Shown here piece after piece: positions 12,077 through 24,026 of a stretch of DNA of 64,000 nucleotides. The notes under the pieces were generated by a model. That model was not told the origin of the DNA. It did no database searches and was given only the letters and a program-made list of their open reading frames with translations. Position 1 is the first letter of the stretch. Every line of letters starts with the position of its first letter. A program made the translations under genes and the position numbers. Source of the DNA: an uncultured Verrucomicrobiota bacterium (GTDB lineage: Bacteria; Verrucomicrobiota; Kiritimatiellia; CAIVKH01); contig CALKUH010000045.1 in assembly GCA_937996795.1 (NCBI GenBank), positions 3,541-67,540 of the forward strand. Reading direction: 5' to 3'.

Positions 12077-13846
12077 ATGCGCCGCATCGCCGCACTAATT
12101 TTGCTCCCGCTGGCCCTCGGCTGTGCCGGGCGTCTGGAGGAAGATGCTGCACTGCGCGATCGCACGCTGTACCTCTCCACGCTCCGCATCCGCGGGTTCG
12201 ATCCGGCGAAGGTCTCGGATGTCCCGTCCGCCCAGGCGATCCAGCGTGTGTATGAGGGGTTGCTGCAGATCTCTTATCTTGACCGGCCGTACCGCCTGGA
12301 GCCGTTGCTGGCCGACTCGATGCCGGAGCGTTCGGCGGACGGTCTCCGCTACACCTTCCGGTTGCGCCGGGGCCTATATTTTGCTGACGACCCTTGTTTC
12401 CCCGGCGGGCGCGGGCGCGAGGTCACGGCGGAGGATTTCGTCTATTCGATCAAACGGATCGCGGATCGGAAGGTCGGCTCCTCCGGGTGGTGGGCGTTTG
12501 ACGGGCGCATCCGCGGCCTGAATGCGTTTCGCGAGGCGTCGTCCGCGAGCGGTCCGACTGACTACACGCTGCCGGTCGAGGGATTGCGCGCAATCGATCC
12601 CCATACGCTGGTGATCGAACTCACCGCGCCGTATCCGCAATTCCTGTGGATCCTCGCGATGCATTACGGCGTCGTCGTCCCGCGCGAGGCGGTCGAAACC
12701 TATGGCGATCGCTTCAGCAGCCGGCCCGTCGGCACGGGGCCCTACCGCCTCACGGAATGGAAGCGCAACTACCGGATGGTGTTCGAACGCAATCCGAAAT
12801 GGGCGGAGACTGGGCGGGGGGACCGCTACCCCGTGTCCGGTGAAGCAGGGGACGCGGAGCGGGGGCTTCTTGCCGACGCGGGCAAGTCCCTGCCGTTAAT
12901 TGACCGTATTGTCAGCTACGTCGTCGCGGACCCCGCGACGCAGTGGATGATGTTCCTGCGCGGGCAGTTGCTGGAGACCGACATCGCGCGCGACAACTGG
13001 AGTGTCGTGGTCGACGCGCAGGGCGCCCTGTTGCCGGAATTGCAGGCGCGCGGGATCCAACTGGTTGTCGCGCCGCAACTGCGCATCACCTATGTCGGGT
13101 TCAACATGGACGATCCCGTCGTGGGCACGAACCGCTTGCTCCGCCAGGCGCTCAGCAGCGCATTCAACGCGGGGGAATGGATCAAGCTGAACAACGGACG
13201 TGTGCGTCCCGCCATTAGCCCCATCCCCAGCGCGTTGCCCGGTCACGAGGCGGACTATGCGCCATGGCGATACGACCTCGAGCGCGCGAAGCGGCTCCTG
13301 GCCGAGGCGGGCTATCCGGAGGGACGTGATCCGGCGACCGGGCGCCGGTTGGAACTCACGCTTGATCTGGGCCGCGCGGATGACCTGGAGCTGCGCCAGT
13401 CCGCCGAATTGCTGACCGCCTTCTTCGAGCGCATCGGCGTGGTGCTGCGCCTGCAATTCAACAATGGCCCCGCGTTCTACGAGAAATTGGAGCGGCGCCA
13501 GGCGCAGCTCTTCTACTTGAGTTGGATCGGCGACTACCCCGACGCGGAAAACTTCCTCCAGTGTTTCTACGGGCCGAACGCATCGCCCGGATCCAACCGC
13601 GCGAATTACCGGAACCCCGCCTTCGATGCGCTTTTTGAACGGGCGCGCGGGATGGAGGATTCGCCGGAGCGCACGGCCCTTTACGCCGAACTGGCGCGCA
13701 TCGTGATCGAGGATTGCCCGTGGCTGCTGCTTTCGGAGCCGCTGACCTACACCCTCCATCACGAGCGCCTCCGCAACCGCAAGCCGCACCTCTTCTCCTT
13801 CGGCATGGAGAAATATTACCGGTTGGAGGCCTCGGCCCCGCGATGA
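12077..13846 (+). CDS. ABC transporter substrate-binding protein, family 5 (Opp/Dpp-like), lipoprotein
   Basis: The SBP_bac_5-like sequence is present. The N-terminal signal has a cysteine (LALGCAG). Confidence 0.8.
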   Translation: MRRIAALILLPLALGCAGRLEEDAALRDRTLYLSTLRIRGFDPAKVSDVPSAQAIQRVYEGLLQISYLDRPYRLEPLLADSMPERSADGLRYTFRLRRGLYFADDPCFPGGRGREVTAEDFVYSIKRIADRKVGSSGWWAFDGRIRGLNAFREASSASGPTDYTLPVEGLRAIDPHTLVIELTAPYPQFLWILAMHYGVVVPREAVETYGDRFSSRPVGTGPYRLTEWKRNYRMVFERNPKWAETGRGDRYPVSGEAGDAERGLLADAGKSLPLIDRIVSYVVADPATQWMMFLRGQLLETDIARDNWSVVVDAQGALLPELQARGIQLVVAPQLRITYVGFNMDDPVVGTNRLLRQALSSAFNAGEWIKLNNGRVRPAISPIPSALPGHEADYAPWRYDLERAKRLLAEAGYPEGRDPATGRRLELTLDLGRADDLELRQSAELLTAFFERIGVVLRLQFNNGPAFYEKLERRQAQLFYLSWIGDYPDAENFLQCFYGPNASPGSNRANYRNPAFDALFERARGMEDSPERTALYAELARIVIEDCPWLLLSEPLTYTLHHERLRNRKPHLFSFGMEKYYRLEASAPR

Positions 13847-15102
13847 TGCGTTTTGTCCTCAGGCGATTGTTGCAGATGGCGCCGACGGTGCTGGGGGTGA
13901 TCGTCGTCACGTTTGTCCTGTTCAACTTCGTGGGCGGAAGCCCGGCCCGGATGAAATTGGGCGACAAGGCCTCGCCGCAGGCGCTGGAGGAGTTCGACGA
14001 GCAGCGCGGCTACAACAAGCCGCTTTTCTGGGGAAGCCGGGCGCCGACGCGTGCGCTCGCCGACACCGATTTCGCGCAACAGGCCGGGGCGTGGGGCACG
14101 CTGCCGGGCGCCGCATGGCAGGACGGTGTGTTGAGGGTTTCCGCCGCATCCACATGGGCGCCTCCCTTCGCCTTTCCCCTGCGCCCGGACAGCGCCTACA
14201 CGTGGAGCGTGCGCTGGCGGGTGGCGGGTGAATCCGCGTGGGCGCAGACGGAACTGTCCGTGGCCCGCGGCGATGCCGCGGGCGCCGTTTTGCGCGAGTG
14301 GGTCGGGGGGCGCGAACTGGAGCTGGCGTCGATTTCGCTGCGGCGGGTGATGGATCGTCCCTGGGACTCGCAGTTCGTCTTTTACCTGCGCCAGTTGGCG
14401 CGCCTGGATTTTGGCGTCTCAAGCAGCGCCAACGTCCCGGTGATCGACCTGTTGCGCGAAGGGATCGGGCCGACGCTGGCGCTCGCATTCCCGATCCTCT
14501 TGCTGGAAACCGCCCTGAGCATCGCGCTCGGTCTGTGGAGTGCGTATTTCCGCGGGCGCTGGCCGGACCGCGTGCTCGTGCTCGGCGCGGTGGTGCTGAT
14601 GAGTGTGAACTACCTGGTCTGGATCGTGGCGGGACAGTACCTGCTGGCGTATCGCCTCGGCTGGTTTCCCGTGTGGGGCTTCGAGTCGTGGGCCTACCTC
14701 GCGCTGCCCATTTGCATCGGCGCGTTCAGCGGGCTTGGTTCGGGCGTCCGCTTCTACCGCACGATCCTGCTGGATGAGCTGTACCGCGAGTATGTGCGCA
14801 CCGCCCACGCGAAGGGCCTCGGTCGCGGCCGCGTCCTCTTTGTCCACGTTCTCCGCAACGCGATGGTGCCGATCATCACGCAGGTGGTGCTCTCCATCCC
14901 GTTCCTGTACACGGGCAGCCTGCTGCTGGAGAGTTTCTTCGGCATTCCCGGCCTCGGCTACCTGAGCGTCAACGCAATCAACGACAGCGATGTCGATGTT
15001 GTGCGCGCGATCGTGGTGCTCGGTTCCGTGCTGTATCTGGCGGCGAATCTGCTCGCGGACCTCTGCTATGCGTGGGTCGATCCCCGGGTGAAGCTGTCAT
15101 GA
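13843..15102 (+). CDS. ABC permease, OppB/DppB-like, with a roughly 150-aa insertion between TM1 and TM2
   Basis: BPD_transp_1 blocks are present. There is an ATGATG overlap with the upstream stop. The extra periplasmic segment is seen by length. Confidence 0.75.
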   Translation: MMRFVLRRLLQMAPTVLGVIVVTFVLFNFVGGSPARMKLGDKASPQALEEFDEQRGYNKPLFWGSRAPTRALADTDFAQQAGAWGTLPGAAWQDGVLRVSAASTWAPPFAFPLRPDSAYTWSVRWRVAGESAWAQTELSVARGDAAGAVLREWVGGRELELASISLRRVMDRPWDSQFVFYLRQLARLDFGVSSSANVPVIDLLREGIGPTLALAFPILLLETALSIALGLWSAYFRGRWPDRVLVLGAVVLMSVNYLVWIVAGQYLLAYRLGWFPVWGFESWAYLALPICIGAFSGLGSGVRFYRTILLDELYREYVRTAHAKGLGRGRVLFVHVLRNAMVPIITQVVLSIPFLYTGSLLLESFFGIPGLGYLSVNAINDSDVDVVRAIVVLGSVLYLAANLLADLCYAWVDPRVKLS

Positions 15103-15974
15103 AGCGCCTCCTCCAACTCGGACGCGCGCAGCCGCTCGCCGCCGTCTGCCTGCTCATCATCGCGTGTTACGCCGGGCTCGCCCTCTTCGGGGAGCTGACC
15201 TACCGCTGGCACGAGTGGCGGGACACGACGCCTGCCTACCAGCAGCAGGACATCAGCCGCCAGTACCAGCCGCCTTCGCGCGATCACTGGATGGGCACGG
15301 ATGGCCTCGGGCGCGATGTCTTCCTGCGCCTCGTGCAAGGCACGCGCATCGCGTTCCATGTCGGCATCGTCACCTCCTGCATCGCGATTCCCATCGGCGT
15401 GCTGTTCGGCCTGCTCGCGGGGTATTTCGGCGGGCGCATCGATGACTTCATCGTCTGGCTCTACTCCACCTTCGCCGCGATTCCCGGCCTGCTCTTCATC
15501 CTCGCCATCGCAATGGTCGCGGGCAAGGGCCTGACCGGCGTCTATCTCGGGATCGGCCTCACCACCTGGGTGGGCATCTGCCGCTTGGTCCGCGCGGAGA
15601 CGATGAAGCATCGCGAGCGCGCCTACGTGCAGGCGGCGCGCGTGCTCGGGTTCAGCGCGCCGCGTATTCTCGCGCGCCACATCCTGCCGAACATCCTCCA
15701 CATCGTCATCGTCACCTTCACCCTGCGGTTCCCCGCGTCCATCGGCACGGAGGTCTTCATGAGTTTCCTTGGCCTTGGCGTGCAGGGTGAGCCGTCGTGG
15801 GGGCTGATGCTCAACAGCGCCCGCACGCGGCTCTGGCAGGGCGTCTGGTGGGAGATGGCGTTCGTCACCCTCGCCGTGTTCCTCCTCGTCCTCGCCTTCA
15901 ATGTCCTCGGCGACCGCCTGCGCGACGCCCTCGACCCCCGCCTGCGCGACGGCGGGGGGCCTGAACGAAACTGA
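15099..15974 (+). CDS. ABC permease, OppC/DppC-like
   Basis: The permease EAA-loop region is present. There is an ATGA overlap. Confidence 0.8.
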   Translation: MKRLLQLGRAQPLAAVCLLIIACYAGLALFGELTYRWHEWRDTTPAYQQQDISRQYQPPSRDHWMGTDGLGRDVFLRLVQGTRIAFHVGIVTSCIAIPIGVLFGLLAGYFGGRIDDFIVWLYSTFAAIPGLLFILAIAMVAGKGLTGVYLGIGLTTWVGICRLVRAETMKHRERAYVQAARVLGFSAPRILARHILPNILHIVIVTFTLRFPASIGTEVFMSFLGLGVQGEPSWGLMLNSARTRLWQGVWWEMAFVTLAVFLLVLAFNVLGDRLRDALDPRLRDGGGPERN

Positions 15975-16025
15975 CTTGCCAGCGGTCTCAATCTTCTTCA
16001 TAGGTCGCGGCACTCTGGAGGAAAC

Positions 16026-17783
16026 ATGAAGCAGCTTCTCACCCTGATCGCAATCGTCCTTGCCACACACGTGGGCGCTGAGCAGGAGTTCCCCGCCGAG
16101 GGGTGGACCGCGTCGGCCCATCCGTTCGTATCGGCGGATGCCGTGCCGGGCGGCGAGCTGGTCGTGTATGCGGGTCCGTACCCGCGCAGCCTGAACTACC
16201 TGCTCGACACCTCCGTCCTTTCGCTCGACGTGTTTAACGCGCTGTACGACTCGCTGCTCGGCATGCATCCGCTGACGATGGAATTCGAGCCGGGCGTGGC
16301 GAACCGCTGGAGCGTGTCCGACGACAAGCGCAGCATCACCGTCCACCTCGATCCCAAGGCGGCGTGGAGCGACGGCACGCCGATCACCGCCGCGGATGTC
16401 GAATGGACCTGGCTTGCGATTCTTGACCCCAAGCACCTGACCGGCCCGCACAAGGTGGACCTGGAGCGCTTCGAAAAACCGGAGGTGCTGGGCGAGCGCT
16501 CGATCCGTTTCACGGCGAAGGAAGCCCACTGGAAGAATCTGCTCACCGTGGCCGGGTTGAACGTCCTGCCGAAGCACGTCATGGCCACGCAGGACTTCAA
16601 CAAGATCAACTTCGAGTTCCCCGTCGTGTCCGGGCCGTACCGCCTCGCCGAGTTGAAGGAGGGGTTCTTCTCCCGCCTGGAGCGGCGCGACGACTGGTGG
16701 CAGCGCGGGCGGGTGAATACCGAAGGCGCGGGCAATTTCCGCTCGATCCGCTACATGTACTTCCAGGAACGCGACAACGCCTTCGACGCACTCAAGAAGG
16801 GGAACGTCGATTTCTTCGCCGTGTACACCGCGCACCAATGGGTCACGCAGACCAGCGGCGACCGCTTCGACCGCAACTGGATCGTGAAGCAGCGCGTGCG
16901 CAACTACAACCCCATCGGCTTCCAGGGTTTTGCGATGAACCTCCGCCGCGCGCCCTTCGACGATGTGCGCGTGCGGAAGGCGCTGGCGCTGCTGCTGAAC
17001 CGCGAGAAGATGAACAGCACGCTGATGTACGACCAGTATTTCCTGCATAAGTCGTATTACGAGGATTTGTATTCCCCGGAAAACCCGTGCCCGCACGCCG
17101 CGACCCCGTTCGACAAGGAGGCCGCGCGCGAGCTGCTGGCCGAGGCCGGGTGGACCGCGAACCCGAAAACAGGCCTGCTGGAAAAGGACGGCAAACCCTT
17201 CGGCTTCACCTTCCTCACGCGCGACAGTTCGTCCGACAAATTCCTCGTGATCTACAAGGAGGACCTGAAGGACGTCGGCATCCAGCTCGACATTGCCCAG
17301 AAGGACTGGTCGGCGTGGATGAAGGACATGGACGAATACAACTTCGACATGACCTGGGCCGCGTGGGGCGGGGGCCTGTGGCGCGATCCCGAATACCAGT
17401 GGTCCGGCGCCGAGGCGGACCGTCCCGCGAGCCAGAACATCACCGGCTTCAAACATCCGCGCGTGGATGAACTGGTCGCCGCGCAGCGCACCGAATTCGA
17501 CCTGGAGAAACGGAACGCGATCCTGCGCGAAATCGATGCGATCCTCGTCGCGGAGTATCCCTACGTCCTGCTCTGGAACATCAACTACACACGCCTGCTG
17601 TATTGGAACAAGTTCGGCATGCCCGACACCGTCCTCGGCAAATACGGCGACGAGCGCGCGGCCTATTCACTCTGGTGGTACGACGAGGACGCCGCCGCCG
17701 ACCTGACCGACGCGATGCCCGCCAACCGCCCGTTGCCGCGCCGCCCGGATACAATTGTGTTCGACGACGTGTTCCGAAATTAG
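16026..17783 (+). CDS. Second ABC transporter substrate-binding protein, family 5
   Basis: It has a signal peptide and an SBP_bac_5-like sequence. Confidence 0.8.
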   Translation: MKQLLTLIAIVLATHVGAEQEFPAEGWTASAHPFVSADAVPGGELVVYAGPYPRSLNYLLDTSVLSLDVFNALYDSLLGMHPLTMEFEPGVANRWSVSDDKRSITVHLDPKAAWSDGTPITAADVEWTWLAILDPKHLTGPHKVDLERFEKPEVLGERSIRFTAKEAHWKNLLTVAGLNVLPKHVMATQDFNKINFEFPVVSGPYRLAELKEGFFSRLERRDDWWQRGRVNTEGAGNFRSIRYMYFQERDNAFDALKKGNVDFFAVYTAHQWVTQTSGDRFDRNWIVKQRVRNYNPIGFQGFAMNLRRAPFDDVRVRKALALLLNREKMNSTLMYDQYFLHKSYYEDLYSPENPCPHAATPFDKEAARELLAEAGWTANPKTGLLEKDGKPFGFTFLTRDSSSDKFLVIYKEDLKDVGIQLDIAQKDWSAWMKDMDEYNFDMTWAAWGGGLWRDPEYQWSGAEADRPASQNITGFKHPRVDELVAAQRTEFDLEKRNAILREIDAILVAEYPYVLLWNINYTRLLYWNKFGMPDTVLGKYGDERAAYSLWWYDEDAAADLTDAMPANRPLPRRPDTIVFDDVFRN

Positions 17784-17821
17784 CCGCGTCACTCTGGCGA
17801 TTCCTGCTATAACTCCGTGCG

Positions 17822-18856
17822 ATGGATCGCTTGAGTTATTTCATCCGCCGCCTGCTGCTGGTGATTCCCACGTTCATCGGAATCACCTTCGTCTGTTTCA
17901 CCATCTGCCAGTTCGTGCCCGGCGGGCCGGTGGAGCAGGCGTTGATCCGCATGCGCGGCATGGGCGACACTACGCGCGGCGCCGCCGGCGTGGCGTCGAT
18001 CGGACCCGAGCAGCGCAAGGCCATCGAGGCGCATTTCGGGTTCGACCGGCCGATTCCTCAACGCTACTGGAAATGGCTGTGGCAGGACCGCATGGGCCTC
18101 GCGGTCGAGTCCTACAAGTATCCGAACAAGACCGTCTGGCAGTTGATCCGCGAGCGCTTCCCCGTCTCCCTCGTGTTCGGGCTCACGGGATTCATCCTGA
18201 CCTACCTGGTCTGCATCCCGCTGGGCATCGCCAAGGCCCTGCGCCACGGGAGTTCCTTTGACCTTGTCTCCAGCGTGATCGTCTTCACCGGCTACGCGAT
18301 TCCCGCCTTCGCCTTCGGCATGCTGCTCAAGAGCCTGTTCGCGGGCACCACGGACTTCGCGTTCGATTGGTTTCCCGTCTCCGGCTTCCACTCCGTCCAG
18401 TTCGAGTCCCTGTCCACGTGGGAAAAGACCGTGGACATCGCGCATCACATGTTCCTGCCGGTGCTCTGCTACATCATCGGCAACTTCGCCGTGCTCACGC
18501 TGCTGATGAAAAATTCCCTGCTGGAGCAAGTCAGCCAGGATTATGTGCGCACGGTCCTCGCCAAGGGCGGCAGCCTTCGCCGCGCGATCTGGCGGCACGC
18601 GCTGCGCAATGCGCTGATCCCGATCGCAACGGGATTCGGCGGCGTGCTCACCTTGATGTTCGCGGGTTCCGTCCTGATCGAGCGGGTGTTCGAGATCCCG
18701 GGCATGGGCCTCCTCAGCCTCGAGGCCATCATCAGCCGCGACTACATGCTGTTCATGGGCATCCTTGGCCTCACCTCCGTCCTGGGCCTCATCGGCCGCA
18801 TCCTCTCCGACTTCTGCTACGTCCTCATCGACCCACGGATTCACTTCCAGCCATGA
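17822..18856 (+). CDS. ABC permease, OppB-like (second copy)
   Basis: It has the six-TM permease signature. Confidence 0.8.
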   Translation: MDRLSYFIRRLLLVIPTFIGITFVCFTICQFVPGGPVEQALIRMRGMGDTTRGAAGVASIGPEQRKAIEAHFGFDRPIPQRYWKWLWQDRMGLAVESYKYPNKTVWQLIRERFPVSLVFGLTGFILTYLVCIPLGIAKALRHGSSFDLVSSVIVFTGYAIPAFAFGMLLKSLFAGTTDFAFDWFPVSGFHSVQFESLSTWEKTVDIAHHMFLPVLCYIIGNFAVLTLLMKNSLLEQVSQDYVRTVLAKGGSLRRAIWRHALRNALIPIATGFGGVLTLMFAGSVLIERVFEIPGMGLLSLEAIISRDYMLFMGILGLTSVLGLIGRILSDFCYVLIDPRIHFQP

Positions 18857-20444
18857 ACCTGCTGGATTGGTTCCATCCCCTCACGCGCCGCCGCATCACG
18901 CGCTTCATGGCGTTGCGGCGCGCCTGGTGGTCGTTCCTGCTGCTCGGCGGCGCGTATGTCCTGAGCCTCGGCGCCGAACTCATCTGCAACCAGGATCCGC
19001 TCTACCTGCGTTTTGAGGGACGCCATTTCTTCCCGGTCTTTCGCTTTCATTCCGAGCGCACGGTCACGGGCGAGGGGCAGGACACGCGCCTCGACTACAA
19101 GGCGCTCGTGCGCAGCGAGCGCTATCGCACCAACGGCGCCAACAGGGTCTGGTGGCCGCTGGTGCCGCACGGGCCGTTGGAAATCATCCGCCCCGAGCGC
19201 ATTGAGCTGCCGGACGAGGTGCGGATCCGCATGGCGCCGGAACCGCGCCTCGCTACCGTCAACCTGACGCCGGACCTGCGCGTCACACGCGCGCAGGCGG
19301 CGGGCTATTTCTTCGGTGTATCCGACGGGGCGGAGGAGGGCGTGCTGCTGCCGGAGCAATGGACGCTGCCCGAACCGGTGCGCGCGGCCATCTTGCAGCG
19401 CTTCCAAAACGCATCCGCGCCCGCGGTCGCGGGACTGGCCGTACGGGAGGATGGCGCCCAAGCCGAGGTGTCCATGCCGCCGTTCACGCCGCGCGCCGCG
19501 CCGCCCCGCACGGTGCGCATGACGTTTCGCGAGGCGATGCCGCGCTCGCTCGAATGGTCCGTCAACGTCTCGCGCGACCTGCAGCCCGTCTCTGGCGCCT
19601 GGCCTGAGGCGTGGCAAAACCTGCCCGACGCCGCGCGCACCTCCATCCTGGCGCGCGCGAGCCAGCGATTTGAACGCTTCGTCGAGCCGCTGGCCCTTCC
19701 GATGGCCGACCGCACGTATCGCGTCCATCTCGAACGCGAGGATGTGCGCTATCCCTTCCGCCCCGTGGCCGGCCATCCGCTCGGCATCGACAGCGCGGGC
19801 CGCGACGTGCTCGCGCGGCTCATCTACGGCTTCCGCACCTCGATGACCTTCGGCATGCTGCTCGTCGTGGCCTCGCTCGTGGTCGGCACGCTGATCGGCG
19901 CGGCGCAGGGTTATTACGGGGGACGCCTCGACCTTGTCGGCCAGCGTGTCATCGAAATCTGGGACGCGCTTCCGTTCCTCTACATCCTCATCCTGATGGG
20001 CTCGATTTACGGGCGCAGTTTCACGCTGCTGTTGTTGTGTTACGCCGTCTTCAACTGGATCGGCATTTCCTACTACATGCGCGCGGAATTCCTGCGCCTG
20101 CGCAACTGGCCCTTCGTTGAGGCCGCGCGCTCGCAGGGCCTGCCCACCCGCCGCATCATGTTCCGCCACATCCTGCCCAACGCGCTGGTTCCGCTGGTGA
20201 CGTTCTTCCCGTTCTCCCTCGTGAGCGCCATCGGCACACTCGCCGCGCTCGATTTCCTCGGCTTCGGCCTGCCGCCCCCGACGCCGAGCTGGGGCGAGTT
20301 GCTCGCGCAGGCGCAGGAGGTCAACTGGGCCTGGTGGCTCACGCTGTACCCGTCGCTCGCCCTGTTCGTCGTGATGTTGCTCGGCGTCTTCATCGGCGAA
20401 GGCGTGCGCCAGGCGTTCGACCCCAAACCTTTTTCGAGGATGGA

Positions 20445-20448
<4 letters not shown>
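18853..20448 (+). CDS. ABC permease, OppC-like, with a roughly 290-aa N-terminal extracytoplasmic domain
   Basis: The permease core starts near GHPLGIDSAGRDV. A long N-terminal domain precedes it. There is an ATGA overlap. Confidence 0.7.
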
Positions 20449-21427
<979 letters not shown>

Positions 21428-21431
<4 letters not shown>

Positions 21432-22396
21432 GCGCGCCGCTGCTCGAGGTCAACGGGCTCACCACCTGGTATCCGATCCGGCGCGGCGTCTGGTCCCGCA
21501 CGGTGGGGCAGGTCCAGGCGCTCACGGAAGTGGACCTCGTCCTGCGCGCGGGCGAGACCCTCGCCGTGGTCGGCGAGTCCGGTTGCGGGAAGACGACGCT
21601 CGGCCGCACGCTGGTCGGCCTCGAACGCCCGCGCGCCGGCGCGATGCGCCTCAACGGACAGCCGTTGCCCTCCGGTGTGCGCACGCCAGAGGTGCAGCGA
21701 CGGATCCAGATGATTTTCCAGGACCCCGCGGCGTCCTTGAATCCGCGCCTCACCGTGCTCGATCTGTTGACCGAGGCCATGGCCTTCCACGGCATGCTCA
21801 GCGGCCCGCGTGAGCCGGCCGCGCTCCAGTTGCTGTCCGATGTCGGCCTCGACGCCGGCGCGCTGCACCGCTATCCGTTTGAATTCTCCGGCGGCCAGCG
21901 CCAGCGCATCAGCGTCGCCCGCGCGCTCGCGCTGCGCCCCTCGGTGATCATATGCGACGAGGCCGTCAGCGCTCTCGACGTCTCCGTGCAGGCGCAGGTC
22001 CTCAACCTGCTCATGGACCTGAAGGAAAAATACGCGTTGTCCTATCTCTTCATCTCGCACGACATCAACGTCGTCCGGTTCATCGCCGACCGCGTCGCCG
22101 TGATGTACCTCGGCCGCGTGGTCGAGGAGGGGCCGACGGAGGCCGTGCTCGCGCGCCCGATGCATCCCTACACGCAGGCGCTCATCAGCGCCGTGCCCGC
22201 GCCGGGCGTCGCGCGCCCCCCGCGCCAGATCCTGCGCGGCGAATTGCCGTCGCCCGCAAACCCGCCCGCCGGCTGCCCGTTCCATCCGCGCTGCCCGCGC
22301 GTGATGGACGCCTGCCGCACGGCGCGCCCCGGACCGGTGACGACACCGGAACTGCAAAAGGTGTGTTGTCACCTCTATCCGCCGCGGGTATCCTGA
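21428..22396 (+). CDS. oppF: Oligopeptide/dipeptide ABC ATPase, OppF-like
   Basis: It has Walker A GESGCGKTT, the FSGGQRQR signature and an oligo_HPY tail. Confidence 0.85.
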
Positions 22397-22414
22397 ATAC
22401 AGGAGGAAGCCGCC

Positions 22415-22903
22415 ATGAGCAAAGTACCTGTCGTCCGTGAATTCATGGTCACGTCGCTGGTCACGCTGCGACCGGAACTGCCGATCCGGCAGGCCATCGA
22501 CATCCTGCTCAAACACCGCATCTCCGGCGCTCCGGTGGTGGACGCCGACGGGCGTTTGATCGGGATGTTGTCGGAAAAGGACTGCCTGCGCGTCTTCGCC
22601 AACGCCGCGTTCTACAACGCCGACCCCGGCGATGTGGACGACTACATGGCGCGCGACGTGCGGACCATCGAGCCCGACGCCGACCTTTTCAAGGCCGCGG
22701 ATATCTTCCTGAAGAACAGTTTCCGCCGCCTGCCCGTCGTCGAGGACGGCAAACTCGTCGGCCAGATCAGCCGCCGCGACGTGCTCAACGCGAGCCGCGC
22801 GATGACCGACGCGTCGCCGGTCCCGAAACCGTGGACCGACGCGAAGTACCTCACCGACGAGGTCAAGGCCGCCCTCGCCGACAAACCCGCCACCGGCGGA
22901 TAA
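22415..22903 (+). CDS. CBS domain pair protein
   Basis: Two CBS motifs are present (GAPVVD and RRLPVVEDGKLVGQISRRDVL). Confidence 0.75.
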   Translation: MSKVPVVREFMVTSLVTLRPELPIRQAIDILLKHRISGAPVVDADGRLIGMLSEKDCLRVFANAAFYNADPGDVDDYMARDVRTIEPDADLFKAADIFLKNSFRRLPVVEDGKLVGQISRRDVLNASRAMTDASPVPKPWTDAKYLTDEVKAALADKPATGG

Positions 22904-22953
22904 CGCATCCAGCGTGTGCAGGGCGGGAAGGGCCGCAGGCCGTCCCGCCCGAT

Positions 22954-23016
22954 TTGCAACGTCTGTAAAAACTGTCGCGCCCCGCTTGCAACGTCTGTAA
23001 TTTACAGACTCTGCAA
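22954..23016. repeat. Paired 17-bp motif, locus 2. The copies are at 22954-22970 and 22986-23002. A degenerate inverted copy at 23003-23016 forms a near-palindrome with copy 2.
   Basis: The copies are read directly. The 32-bp period matches locus 1. The motif ends 8 bp before the epimerase ATG. Confidence 0.8.
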
Positions 23017-23024
23017 AAACGATT

Positions 23025-24026
23025 ATGGGTCCTGGCACGATAGTTTTGGTCACCGGCGCGACGGGGTTCACCGGGTCGGTGTTGACGCGCAAGCTGGTGG
23101 AGCGGGGGGTGACGGTGCGTGCGATTGCGCGCGGCGAGCCGCCGGCCGCGCTGCGCGCGCTGCCGGTGCAATGGTTCACGGGGCAGGTGTACGACCCCGA
23201 GGTGGTGAAGGCCGCGTGCGAGGGGGTGCAGTTCGTGTTCCACGTCGCGGCGGCGTATCGCGCGGCGGGCGTGGCGGACGAGGTGTACGAGCTGGTCCAC
23301 GTGACGAGCACGAAGCTGTTGGTCGAGGCGGCGGCGCGGCAGCCGGGGTTCCGCCGGTTCGTCCATGTGTCCACGGTCGGCGTGCACGGGCATATCGATG
23401 ATCCGCCGGCGGACGAGACGTATCGCTTTGCGCCGGGCGACCTGTACCAGAATACGAAGGCGGAGGCGGAGCGCTGGCTGCGCGAGCATGCGCCGCGGTT
23501 TAACCTGCCGTGCACAGTGATCCGCCCGGCGGCGATCATGGGGGCGGATGACACGCGCCTGCTGAAGGTGTTCAAGCTCGCGACGAAGCCGGTGTTCCCG
23601 ATGCTGGGCTATGGGAAGTGCCTGTATCATTTGATCCACGTGGAGGACCTGACCGACGCGATGCTCGTGGCGGCGGAGCATCCCGCGGCGGTGGGCGAGG
23701 CGTTTATCGTGGGCAATACCGAGCCGATCCGGCTGGAGGACATGGGGCGGATCATCGCGCGGACGCTGGGCTGCGCGTTCCGCCCGGTGCGGATTCCGGC
23801 GTGGCCGTTTTTCCTCGCGGCGGGCGTGTGCGAGGCGGTTTGCAAGCCGCTCGGACTGGAGCCGCCGCTGCACCGGCGCCGCGTGGCGTTTTTTACGAAG
23901 GACCGCGCGTTTAATACCGCGAAATTGCGGGATCGACTGGGGTTCACGCCGCGCTACTCTAATGAAGCGGGCATCGTCGAGACGGCGAAGGCCTACGCGG
24001 CTAAAGGGTGGCTGAAGGCTGTATGA
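23025..24026 (+). CDS. NAD-dependent epimerase/dehydratase (SDR family)
   Basis: It has the GATGFTG Rossmann motif and a YxxxK catalytic region. Confidence 0.8.
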   Translation: MGPGTIVLVTGATGFTGSVLTRKLVERGVTVRAIARGEPPAALRALPVQWFTGQVYDPEVVKAACEGVQFVFHVAAAYRAAGVADEVYELVHVTSTKLLVEAAARQPGFRRFVHVSTVGVHGHIDDPPADETYRFAPGDLYQNTKAEAERWLREHAPRFNLPCTVIRPAAIMGADDTRLLKVFKLATKPVFPMLGYGKCLYHLIHVEDLTDAMLVAAEHPAAVGEAFIVGNTEPIRLEDMGRIIARTLGCAFRPVRIPAWPFFLAAGVCEAVCKPLGLEPPLHRRRVAFFTKDRAFNTAKLRDRLGFTPRYSNEAGIVETAKAYAAKGWLKAV